DNA of 64,000 bases from assembly GCA_951406725.2 (NCBI GenBank), contig OX597814.1:182032001-182096000 (forward strand), written 5' to 3'. The stretch comes from Octopus vulgaris. Lineage: Eukaryota. This document shows positions 24,082 through 34,882 of the stretch, one piece after another; position 1 is the first letter of the stretch; every line of letters starts with the position of its first letter. The translations under genes and the position numbers were made by a program. A model generated the notes under the pieces. That model did no database searches, was not told where the DNA came from, and was given only the letters and a program-made list of their open reading frames with translations.

Positions 24082-24256
24082 CTGAGTGTTATACTAAGTC
24101 AAGCGTTATACTAATACATCTGTTTGTTTTGTACACCACCTGTCTTCGTCTTTTGATTTTTTTCGTTAACTCTCCCTATATATATATATATAAGCAAAGT
24201 AGCTAGTTGTAAAATCTCAACAAGAGATGAGAGTAGTAACCATACTAACAAGTAAA

Positions 24257-24497
24257 GTTAATTGCCACAACATTATGGCTGTACAATGTTACTACTAGTT
24301 TAACCCCAGGCAGAACTTCCAGTTGGTTATAGGTGTAGCACTGCAACCTATACATATATCCTGTTGTCTGCTGGAGGATGGTAGGGGTTCACTCCCCTGC
24401 TGGCAGTATATATGTACATGGTGCAGTGCTGTGGAAGATCTGCCTGGGGTTAAACTAGTAGTAACATTGTACAGCCATATTGATGTGGGCAATTAAC
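24257..24497. repeat. Inverted repeat, ~65-bp arms
   Basis: 24257-24321 versus 24432-24497 (ATGGCTGTACAATGTTACTACTAGTTTAACCCCAGGCAGA and its reverse complement). Confidence 0.85.
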
Positions 24498-24516
24498 ATT
24501 ATTTGTATGTATATAT

Positions 24517-26433
24517 CATCATCATCATCATCGTTTAACGTCCGCTTTCCATGCTGGCATTGGTTGGATGGTTTGCTTGAGGGCTGGCAAGCCAGAAGGC
24601 TGCAGCAGGCTCCAGTCTGATCTGGCAAAGTTTCTACAGCTGGATGCCCTTCTTAACGCCAACCACTCTGAGAGTGTAGTGGGTGCTTTTTATGGGTCCC
24701 TGGCATGAGGGCCAGTCAGGCAGCACTGGTATCGACCACACTTGAATGATGCTTTTTATGTGCCACCAGTACAGGAGCCTGTTAGGTGGCACTGGCATTG
24801 ATCATGCTCAAATGGTACTTTTTACATGCACCAGCACGGGACCAGTCAGCCGGCACCAGGAGCGACCATACTCAAATGGTGCTTTTTATGTGCCACTTGC
24901 ACGGGAGCTAGTCAGGCAGCACTGACATTAACCACGCTTAAATGGTGCTTTTTATGTGCCACCAACGCAGGTGCCAATCAGACAGTACTGTCATTGGCCA
25001 TGATAATGACTTCACTTGACTCAGCAGGTCTTTGCAAGTGCAGTTTATTGCCCAATGATTGAAGGGTACTCTTAAATGGACTGGTTGTGCTGCACTAGTA
25101 TAGGCCATGGTTATGGTCTCACTTGGTTTACCAGGTCTTCTCAAGCACAGCATATCTCCAAAGGTCTCAGTCATTTGTCATTGCCTCTGTGAGGCCCAAC
25201 GTTCAAAGGTCGTGCTTCACCACCTCATCCCAGGTCTTCCACAGGTTCCCTCTACTGGTAGGGCATCACACTTTTTCACTCAGCTGTCCTCATCCATATG
25301 CAACACATAACTATACCAGCACAGTCGTCTCTCTTGCACATCACATCTGATGCTTCTTATGTCCAACTTTTCTCTCAGGGCGCTTACAATCTGTCATGTA
25401 TGCACACTGACATTACACATCCAGTGAAGCATACTAGCTTCATTCCTTGCAAGCTTACTCATGTCCTCAGCAGTCATGGCCCATGTTTCACTGCTGTGTA
25501 GCATGGCTGTTTGCACACCTGCATCATACAGTCTACCTTTTACACTGAGCGAGAGGCCCTTTGTTTGCAGCAATAGTTGGAGCTCTCTGAACTTTGCCAT
25601 GGCTATTCATATTCTAGCAGCTACACTCTCAGAGCATCCACCTCCACTACTGACTTAGTCACCTAGGTAATGGAAGCTATCAACTATATTGTTTTTCCCC
25701 CTGGCATGTGATGGAAGCTGTTTTCTGCACATTTTTAGTGTTTATTGCCCTTGAGCATTTGCCACACACAAAAACTATTTTCCTAGTTAGCCTGCCTTTG
25801 ATATTGCTGCACCTCTTATGTGTCCATATCTTACACCGGGTACATCTTATGGAGTTTCTACCTATGTCTTTTCTACAGATTGAACAGGGCCATCTACCTG
25901 AAGGAATTTGTGATTTGTCTGCCTTCCTACTTATTAAGGCTTTGGTTTTAACTAGATTGACTCTAAGGCCCTTCGATTCTAGACCTTGCTTTCACACCTG
26001 TAACTTCTTCTCTAGTTCTCATAGTGACTCAGCTATTAGAGCAAGGTCATCAACATAGAGAAGCTACCAGGAGCATCCTGTCTTGAATTTCTCTGTTATT
26101 GTCTGGAGAACTATGATGAATAAGAGTGGGCTGAGGACTGATCCTTGGTGGACCCCTACCCCTACCCAGAATTTTTCACTGTATTCCTGCACATGGCTTG
26201 CACTGCTCTCACTAACCACTCATCTATCCCTAGCTTCTGCATAGACCACCAGATAAAAGATTGGGGGACTCTGTCAAAGGCTTTCTCCATGTCAACGAAA
26301 GGCAGGTACAGAGGTTTATCTTTGGCTAGGTGTTTCTCCTGCAGCTGTCTTACCAGAAACATAGCACCAGTGGTGCTTTTCCCTGGCACAAACCCAAACT
26401 GCATCTCATCTAAACTGACTCTCTCCTTAATTA
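24517..26433 (-). mobile_element. 5'-truncated RTE-clade LINE (RT remnant plus 3' UTR ending in (GAT)n)
   Basis: QFGFVPGKSTTGAMFLVRQLQEK...FVDMEKAFDRVP and AKFREL...KGRLYDA...MLHSSETWAM. The UTR has ~55-bp AAAAAGCACC subrepeats and the GGAAGGGCATCCAGCTGTAGAAAC tail. Confidence 0.9.
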
Positions 26434-26990
26434 TTTGAACGTCAGGGTGGTTACTGTAGTCAATTGTAGGATTGTAGTTGAATGCTGTCATTGACCAACA
26501 TGAGGAGCATGGCCTTGAGTAGGAACGTTGTGCAGCCCTTTGCTGAGTTGTAGCCTCCAGTCATTGTTGTGTTTCCCCTGTAGTCTCCATGGGACATGCA
26601 GTAGCAGTTGCTGCAGTCTCTGCAGCTTGTGCAACAGCAGTTGAAAAAGCATCTCTTGTAAGTCAAACTGCATGTTGTGCTGCAGTCTCTGCATCTCTTG
26701 TAAGCTGATCTGTGTGTTGTGCTGCAGTCTCAGAAGCTCATGCAGCAGCAGTAGAGGAAGCATTTCTTGTTTGGCGTGCTGAACATTGCTTGTTGCACAG
26801 CAATATGTGCTAATCGATCACAACACTGCTCTTCACTTTCCCTTCTTTGCACTAAGTGCATTGAGAGAATTCCTCCTGGCGGTGTCCTAGGCAGATTCAT
26901 TAGCACGCATACATTTACTTTTCTTTGCAGCATTTGTTTGCCGACCTATATTGGATCTTTTGCGTCAAAGCATGGTGAAAAATTATCAGT
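26434..26990 (-). mobile_element. Helitron Rep/Hel N-terminal remnant (STPR-like repeats)
   Basis: IGRQTNAAKK..MRANES, ESEEQCCDRL, ETAAQH..LTRDA repeats and AFNYNPTIDYSNHPDVQI, the motif that precedes the Helitron Cys-rich domain. Confidence 0.65.
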
Positions 26991-27093
26991 TTATGCAATA
27001 GAAAAAGTTCTAAGAAAAAATCGGTGAATGTGTAGCATCCAAAAAATAGTAAAATGTAGTTGGCAAAAATGTTAATCAAACAGACTGAATTAA

Positions 27094-27314
27094 CCCTTTA
27101 GTGTTCGCATTATTCTGCCAAAATTAATCCTTTTTTATCCACATTACCTCGAACTAATCAGGCATTATCTTGGAGCTATGAGATTTTGATGAGGTAGCAG
27201 TTAATTTTTAAAACGATATTGTAGGGTTGGTGCGAGAGACAAGATCTGGCCAGTTTGAACATAAAACAGGCAGAATACTTTTGGCCGGATACGGCCGGTT
27301 TAAATGCTAAAGGG
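27094..27314. mobile_element. TTAA-specific (piggyBac-like) MITE
   Basis: TTAA|CCCTTTAG...CTAAAGGG|TTAA. Relatives at approx. 13307-13761 (interrupted), 32369-32596, 36430, 43801-44002 and 56268-56477. Confidence 0.8.
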
Positions 27315-27624
27315 TTAAGGATTTTAAATTTTGGGTAAGAGTTTTGAAGTGGTTAGTTTAAGTTGAAATAATATGTAAAAAAGTGCTCATGTGAAAATAG
27401 AGGTAAACTGTAACTCGCAAATGAATACTGCTGGCAGTACTGTGCAAGCAGTTGATAAGAGCTTGCCACAGCTGATAAAGTAAAGTATTGATTTTTTCCA
27501 GCTGGGTGTGTGTCATGTTTTTTTACTGGCTCAAGCCAAATCCTAGCCGAATTGAGAGTAGTCTATTTATGTTAGGGGCACGGAATTTTGAGGAAAAAAT
27601 TATAAGAAAAAACGTAGTAAGTCA

Positions 27625-27965
27625 AAGAGAGCACACATGTCATGTTTGTTTGTTTGTCCGTGGACAAGGTATCTCAAGAATTGCTGGATGGATTCGAATG
27701 AAACTTTCAGGGATATTTGGTATTGTGACTGGCATGAACTGATTAGATTTTGGGATCGATCCAGTACCGGACAAGGATTCTGGATTATTTATTCCAGTGT
27801 TTTTTACTTAATTTTTGAGAGTGATTGGGTTAATTTTTAATATTCTCATTTGTAAGAGCAGTCGAGTTTATTTCAGATATTCACATTCTAAAAATCATCT
27901 CCGGCTAATTGTTGAGAGGACGTTAGTATTGCCTTGGTAGAAATTTGCGCTCTCTGTGTGGTCTT
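27625..27965 (+). mobile_element. Helentron-associated (DINE/HINE-like) element
   Basis: gtttgtttgtccg microsatellite, atctcaagaa..gctggatggatt..atgaaactt core, and gccttgg..ga..tttgcgctct terminus. Confidence 0.55.
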
Positions 27966-28189
27966 GTCTTTTATCTTTTACTTGTTTCAGTCATTATACT
28001 GGGGTACCACCTTGAAAAATTTTTTAGTCAAATGCATAAACCCCTGTTCTTATTTTTTAAAACCTGGTTGTCTATCAGTCTTTTTTGCTGAACCACTAAC
28101 TTACAGCAATGTAAGCATATCAGCACTGAGAAGAAAACATGTAATAAGTTGTGTGAAACAGAGTTTATTTGAATGATATACCTCTTGAA

Positions 28190-28289
28190 ATCACCTGAAG
28201 AAACACATCTACAGTGAGGGATACACCTAAATCAGTTGTGCAGTATCCTACCTGCAAGATGGGTTGAAGTGATTGTAGTGATCAATAAA
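28190..28289 (+). ncRNA. Decayed type I hammerhead ribozyme followed by AATAAA
   Basis: ATCAC CTGAAGA AACACATCT...GGATAC..GTATCC...AGATGGGTT GAAG TGATTGTA^ GTGAT C AATAAA. GAAA is mutated to GAAG and stem III looks like CpG-decayed ACGATCGT. Confidence 0.65.
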
Positions 28290-28433
28290 AGTTCTCGTAT
28301 CTTCCAGCTTCTGTCTTTCTCATTAATGACATACCCAACAAACACTGAGCCACTGAGTGTGCTTTACTGGCAAACTACCAGTTGTGTACCATATGATTTA
28401 TTAACTACTAATATATATTTATATATATATATA

Positions 28434-29200
28434 TACGGGGTCTGATCAATAAGTATCTGGACTGCTGCCATAGTAACGAAGCTAAAGGACACAGAGTGAA
28501 GCCACTTGGCAACTGTTGACCTTGAACTCTGCTGTGCATGTGCATTCTGCTGTTTACAGCAGTGCTTGGAAGGAAGATGTGTAGCATGTGATTGTTGCAT
28601 TGACCATAACAGAGAAAGTTGTCATGGCAATACCTACTCAGAGGCCTACGCAAAGTTGCAGAAAGTGTATGGAGAGGAGTGTATGAGTCGCACACAAGTG
28701 TATGAGTGGTTCAAACGTTTCCAAGATGGCTGAAAAAATGTCGATATTGATGAACATTCTGGGAGACCTGCAACCAGCTGAACTGAGAAAAACATTGCAG
28801 ATGTGCGTGCAGTTGTGATGGAAATCGTTGAATCATCGTCCGTGAGTTATCAAGAGGATGTGCAGATTAGTTATGGTTCAGTTCAGTCCGTTATCACTGA
28901 AGATTTGGGTATGAAATGCATGTCTGCCAAGTTGTGCCAAAACTGCTTTCAGCTGACCAAAAAGACACTGGGGTTTCACTTGCACCAGATCTCCTTGATT
29001 GTTTCAAGAATGATGAAAACTTTTTGAAAACTTTGCATAGGCCTCTGTGCAGGTATTACCAAGCTTTTAGTAAAATTTGATGAAGATTCTCTGCTCAACT
29101 TTATCTGTCATAGTCAATGCGACAATCACACGCTACACACCTTCCTTCTAAGCATTGCTGTAAATAGCGGAAGTGAGCTACAATGCTAAAATTTAGTGCG
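28434..29200 (+). mobile_element. Internally deleted mariner transposon
   Basis: TIR-like TACGGGGTCTGATCAATAAGT. EAYAKLQKVYGEECMSRTQVYEWFKRFQDG...SGRP is a Mos1-type HTH. Confidence 0.85.
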
Positions 29201-29549
29201 CATGGTCTGTCACAAACTGTGCACACAAAAAGGTCATTGTGATTCACCTTCTCAATTGTAACATTCTTTATTAAATACACAATAATAATAAGGATTATGA
29301 TGAAGTAGCATTAGCATTACCTTTAATTTACAGCCTCAAATAGACCTACATATGTTTCAACTGCATTTGTTAGTAATTGTTGCAATTGCAACTTTACTGT
29401 AATACCAGTGCAGTTTCTTCAGGGTCTTCGCTGTAATATCCTTTGAGACTTAACTGGTTGAAGTTACTAATTACTAATTACCAGTTATGTATGTATTATG
29501 TGTGTGTGTATTTATGTATGTACTGGCACTGCAAACACATCATGGACCA

Positions 29550-29740
29550 CTGTTTTATTGAATGCAGAGAGTTCTGAGGTCAAGATTTTCTTTATTCGGC
29601 TATAATATTCTTTACTCGCATGTGTTTTGCTTCAAGTACCACAGTAAGATATATCTTCATCCACCCCCTAGATACATGTAACATTCCTCATCAGATACAG
29701 GGGAAACAGTCAAATCATTAATGTAGATGTTACTAGTCTG
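29550..29740 (-). mobile_element. R4/Dong- or CRE-like LINE RT fragment
   Basis: DEECYMYLG...KEYYSRIKKILTSELSAFNK resembles the YKYLG...EY..R..KILKSELN..NK motif. Confidence 0.55.
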
Positions 29741-29755
29741 GTGTGTGTATGTATG

Positions 29756-30234
29756 TACCGTAAATCCTCGAGTTTAATCCGCCCTTGAGTATAATATGCA
29801 GGGGATTTTTAGGGGGCTGTACTTCTGAAAAACCTTGTGTATAATATGCATCCCTTCTCTAACTTGAGTCAAGGAGGTCTATATAACATCCTTGGTTTGT
29901 AAAAATGTATACGGTAACGTCCTTTATTATTGCCTTCTTGCCTTCTTGCCTTCTTTATCTTTGGTATCTGTTTAATTTCATATTTATTTCTTCTCCATAA
30001 CCTGACATTGCTTTCGTCAACATCAAATTTTCTTCCAGCGGCTCTATTACCATGCTCTTCAGTATATGATATAACTTCAAGTTTAAACATAGCTGCATAA
30101 GATCTATGAGGCATTTTATGGGCATGTAATGTATAAAATGTTTTCATTTTTAACCTCGTATATAGTACGCACTAGGAATTTTGACCTTTAAATTTTGGGA
30201 ATAAAATGCAGATTATACTCAAGGATTTACAGTA
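29756..30234 (-). mobile_element. pogo-superfamily deletion derivative with Brinker-type DNA-binding domain remnant
   Basis: TIRs TACCGTAAATCCTCGAG / CTCAAGGATTTACAGTA. Encodes RSYAAMFKLEVISYTEEHGNRAAGRKFDVDESNVRLWR. Sibling MITE at 33039-33542. Confidence 0.85.
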
Positions 30235-31145
30235 TGTATGTGTGTATATGAATGAATGATGCATGTATATATTCTTTCACTTTTGATCTACCATATCCTT
30301 AAGGCTTTGGTTCACCTGGAACTATTGCAGAAGACACTTACCTGAGGTGCCACGCACACAGGTACATGATTGGGAAGCGAAATTCTCAACCACAGAACCA
30401 TACCTGCACCTATTTTTTTCAAGTTACAAACATTTTAACTAACAGCAATACTTTTTTTAACCATCACACTGTCCCATGTTATTTTATATATTACTAAATT
30501 TTATAAATTTTGAACCTCTTTTTCTCATGTTTATGTTCATCATCATCATCATTTAATGTCCACTTTCCATGCTAGCATGGGTTGGACGATTTGACTGAGG
30601 TCTGGCAAACCAGATGGCTGCACCAGACTCCAGTTGATCTGGCAGAGTTTCTACAGCTGGATGCCCTTCCTAACACCAACCACTCTGAGAGTGTAGAGGG
30701 TGCTATTACGTGCCACCGGCACGAGGGCCAGTCAGGCGGTACTGGCAACGGCCATGCTCAAATGATGCTTTTTATGTGCCACCTGCACAGGAGCCAGTCC
30801 AGCGGCACTGGCATCAACCTCACTTGAATGTTCATTCATATAAAGAAATAAAGCGTATATCTAAGACGGTATCTGTGAATTGAAAATTAAGCATATAGTA
30901 TAGTTCACCATCTGGTTTGCTACTAATACAAATTAACTACTTCAGGTTAAAAAAAAACATCATCCCATATCCAAATGTTTGATAAAAACTGGTTTTTCTT
31001 TGTAAGTCAGCAAATTTAAAAGTACAAACTGATTATAAGTTACAAAGATTAGCTTACTTTGAGGTCAAAGCCAAGATGTGTTATCAGAGGTAAATGTACA
31101 TTTGTATTAAATATATACATGCATGCACGCACACACACACATAAT

Positions 31146-31209
<64 letters not shown>

Positions 31210-31325
31210 TATATATACACATAAACACAATTGTATATATGTGTGTGAGTATCTATATATATATGTATGTATATAATGTATATTATATATATATGTATGT
31301 GTATATATATATATGTATGTGTGTG

Positions 31326-31500
31326 TGTGTGTAAAATGTGGAAGGGTGTGCCTCTCAGTTGGAGGTCTAAAAAGACATGTTAAGAGAGTGCATATGGTGG
31401 TACCTGTTTCTCCTGACAGCCAGCACAGTTATCTAGTATGTAATAAAATGTGTAAAAGCTTGGCCAGGCTTAAAAGTCATATAAGGGCATCACATGGCAA
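31326..31500 (+). mobile_element. RTE/BovB-type LINE C-terminal C2H2 zinc-finger remnant
   Basis: [22 protein letters not shown]...CNKMCKSLARLKSHIRASH. The CxxCxRxCxSxxGLxxH pattern is typical of RTE-BovB ORF ends. Confidence 0.5.
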
Positions 31501-32306
31501 CAATCATGAATCATTTCAGTAAGTCTTCTTGGCAATAGCTTTTCTTGTTTAACGAATGTTGAATGTAACATAAGCCAAAAATACCTTGCTTCAAGAGGGC
31601 TACTTGTGAAACTGGAAGACTGTTGAACTGATAGTCTAGGTCAGTCAGGTATCAACCTATGAGTCACTACATAGATTGTGTTGCATTATAATTCTGAAAA
31701 GGGTGCAAAAATGAAATCTTTTACTTTAGGAAATTTTGATAAAATATATGATGTTCACAAGTACAGTATGACTTAACTATAAAGATTACAACAATGCTTA
31801 TTAGAGACTAGAATTGAGAAATATTAGGCAGAGACATGACTGTGTGATGAAAAGTATGTTTCCCAACCACATAGTTTTGGGTTAAGTCTCGTTGAGTAGC
31901 ACCTTGGGAAAGTGTCTTCTACTATAGGCCTTGAGCTGACCAAAGCCTTGTAAGTAGATATGGGAAACCGAAACCGAAAGAAGTTTGCGCCTGGCAAACG
32001 GCCACGATCGGTAAAAACACCAACCGATCGTGGCTGTTAGCCAGGCGCCACCTGACTGGTGTCTGTATCAGTGACACATAAAAGCACCAACCGATTGTAG
32101 CCGTTTGCCAGCCTCCTCTCGCCCCTGTGCCAGTGGCACGTAAAAAGCACCCACTACACTCACGGAGTGGTTGGCGTTAGGAAGGGCAGCTGTAGAAACA
32201 CTGCCAGATCATACTGGAGGCTGGTGCAGCCACCTGGCTTCCCAGACCCCGGTCGAACCGTCCAACCCATGCTAGCATGGAAAATGGACGTTAAACGATG
32301 ATGATG

Positions 32307-32339
<33 letters not shown>

Positions 32340-33719
32340 TAGCAGAGATACCCGGCATTGCTCAGAATTAACCCTTTCATTACTGTATTTATTTTGAGAT
32401 GCTTCATGTTTCTTTCAATTACTTTAAATATAACAAAGAATTTAGTAAAATAACTTAGTTATTATTAAGCTAGTGTTAGGAACATAAATTGTGACTAAGG
32501 TTTGGTGGAAGAGTTTAATTCAGAACTTACGAAAGCAAGACATTTATACTCAGGGTCAGTGCTGGTTTCAGCTGGGTTGGTAACGAAAGGGTTAAAATGG
32601 CATAGTTTAAAAAAATTTTTTTACTTGTTTCCGTTGTAAGCAAGTGTCACTGTCATGCAAGCAATGTCTTTTGTTTTCTTCTGAGACATAATTCCCCTCA
32701 AGCAAAGTATCAAATGTCAGTTTTATTAAATGTGGGGGAAATTATTATTTTTAAAATTTTATTTAGATATTGTGAAAAACAGTGGCAAATGTTTATTGAT
32801 TCACCAAAATGGGCTGTGATGATAAAGGATTGGGAACTAATAGTCTAGATTCACTTGTGGGTCTTCCTCCAGAAGAAATATAATCTAAATGTTAATTAAG
32901 ATGTTTTTCATCATTTATCATCCATGTTCTAAGCTGGTATGGGTTGCATGGTTTGACAGGATCATGCGCCATTGTCTGCTTCGGCATGGTTTCTACAGCT
33001 TTTCATACGTGAATTTGACCAGAAACAAATAATATATGTACCATAAATCCTCGAGTATAGTCCGCCCTTGAGTATAATATGCAAGGGATTTTTAGGGGGC
33101 TGGACCTCTGAAAAATCTAAACCTTGTGTATCATACGCACGCTTTCTCTAACTTGAATTGTGCGTAATTAAGCTAGCAGAACCTAGTCGAACAAACACTT
33201 CCGCACATGCGTAATACAATAATGGTGATGTTCTTAACTGTTATATGGGAATGTAAATATGTTTGCAAATTGTTTTTGTTACATATTATTCTGTGTTCTG
33301 AATGTTAATAAATGTTGCTTACTGCAAGTTATGGATGATTCTTTTATGACTTCATTGCTTTCAGGCTTAGCTTAAGGTTATTTTGCGCCCTGCGTCTGAA
33401 TAAACATTGCTGGACAGCAAATAGAGACTTGGACATTGCTTAGAAAATATTTTTCCTTTTTAACCTTGTATAGTATGCACTAGGGATTTTGACCTTTAAA
33501 TTTTGGGGAAAAAGTGCAGATTATACTTGAGGATTTACGCTATACAAATGCTCAGGTTAGATTTCACTGAATGGAGTTGTGATGTTTGATAATGATTTTT
33601 TATTTTATCAAACTTTAAAATCATATTTGAGATAATCAGTAACCAAATGTATCATTTGTTTTAGTTATTTTTCAAATTCCTTTTGTTTAAGACCATATTT
33701 TTAAAAATCATTTCCACAG

Positions 33720-33846
33720 TCTACCAATGAAGACTCACTAAAGAAACTAAATGAATATGTTTCATCTCTGCATACACTTGGTTATGCTCGTCCAACGAAA
33801 GTTAAGTTCTACTTGAAGATTACAGATGATAATGAAGGGTCTCCAG
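33720..33846 (+). CDS. TCAIM: TCAIM coding exon 3
   Basis: TTTCCACAG|...|GTAGGT. Encodes STNEDSLKKLNEYVSSLHTLGYARPTKVKFYLK..., matching human INENSLKRLSVYLENL...PTQLTFYVR. Phase 0 start fits exon 2. Confidence 0.92.
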
Positions 33847-33945
33847 GTAGGTGTATGACTAAATCCTTGAGATGAATGTATTGATTTCTGCAGTATTTTT
33901 GCTTGGAATATAATTATTGTTTTCCTTTACTATTGTATAATTTAA

Positions 33946-33989
<44 letters not shown>

Positions 33990-34318
33990 AATCAATGGAA
34001 ATTGTAGTTGTGATCCCTGTGTCGGTGGCACGTAAAAAGCACCATCCGAACGTGGCCCATGCCAGCGCCGCCTTGGCTGGCTTCCGTGCCGGTGGCACAT
34101 AAAAAGCACCAACCGATTGTGACCATTGCCAGCCTCACCTGGCACATAAAAAGCACCCACTACACTCACGGAGTGGTTGGCGTTATGAAGGGCGTCTAGC
34201 TGTAGAAACACTGCCAGATCAGACTGGAGCCTTCTGGCTTCCCAGACCCCGGTCGAACCGTCCAACCCATGCTAGCATGGAAAACGGACGTTAAACGATG
34301 ATGATGATGATGATATAT

Positions 34319-34882
34319 AAATATCATTATTTCTAATTCTCTCTAAAGGAGACTACGGCAGCGATACTGGATATTAATAGTTATTGCCAAGCTAACATGG
34401 CAGTCCAGATAAATGGTCACAGGTTTGTGTGTCACATACCTAGCTAGAGGCGATGGCCTCTTGGAGCTAATCGACAGCAGCATTCGTCTTATTTATCTGG
34501 ACTGCCATGTTAGCTTGGCGATAACTATTAATATCCAGTACTGCTGCTGTAGTCTCCTTTAGAGAGAATTAGAAATAACGATATTTCTATTTTTGAAAAC
34601 CAGTGGATGTATTCCACTGAATTTAGGTAAATAATCCTTCAAACAGTCGGTCCGTAGCGACACCTGCTGGATTCAGCTACTCCACATTGATAAGAGGTAA
34701 ACACCTCGAAACTAGTCTGTGGATGCCAGACCAGCAAGGGGAAGCTGCTGACCTTCTCTGTTCGAAGGTTATAATGGACACAGGTTTGTGTGTCACATAG
34801 CTAGCTTGAGGCAATGACCTCTTGGAGCTAATCAACGGCAGCATTCGTCCCATTTATCTGGACTGTCATGTTAGCTTGGCAA
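34319..34882 (+). mobile_element. Non-autonomous Penelope-like/retrozyme remnant: inverted partial unit plus partial tandem (361-bp period) with hammerhead
   Basis: Inverted arms 34319-34414 and 34491-34586. Direct repeat about 34418-34520 and 34779-34880. Hammerhead at 34681. Confidence 0.7.
34665..34736 (+). ncRNA. Type I hammerhead ribozyme, U3-A8 core variant
   Basis: TCCACA TTGATAA GAGGT-AAAC-ACCTC GAAA CTAG TC^ TGTGGA at 34681-34723, with distal stem I TGCTGG/CCAGCA. All helices are intact. Confidence 0.82.

Noticed and set aside
24690-24990. Regularly spaced ~55-bp repeats superficially like a CRISPR array
   Set aside because: Whole units are homologous with no unique spacers, they lie in a eukaryotic LINE UTR, and there are no cas genes.
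31313-31522. Two C2H2-like fingers as a host zinc-finger gene
   Set aside because: No TGEKP linker, no convincing splice sites, starts in a microsatellite; fits a LINE C-terminus better.
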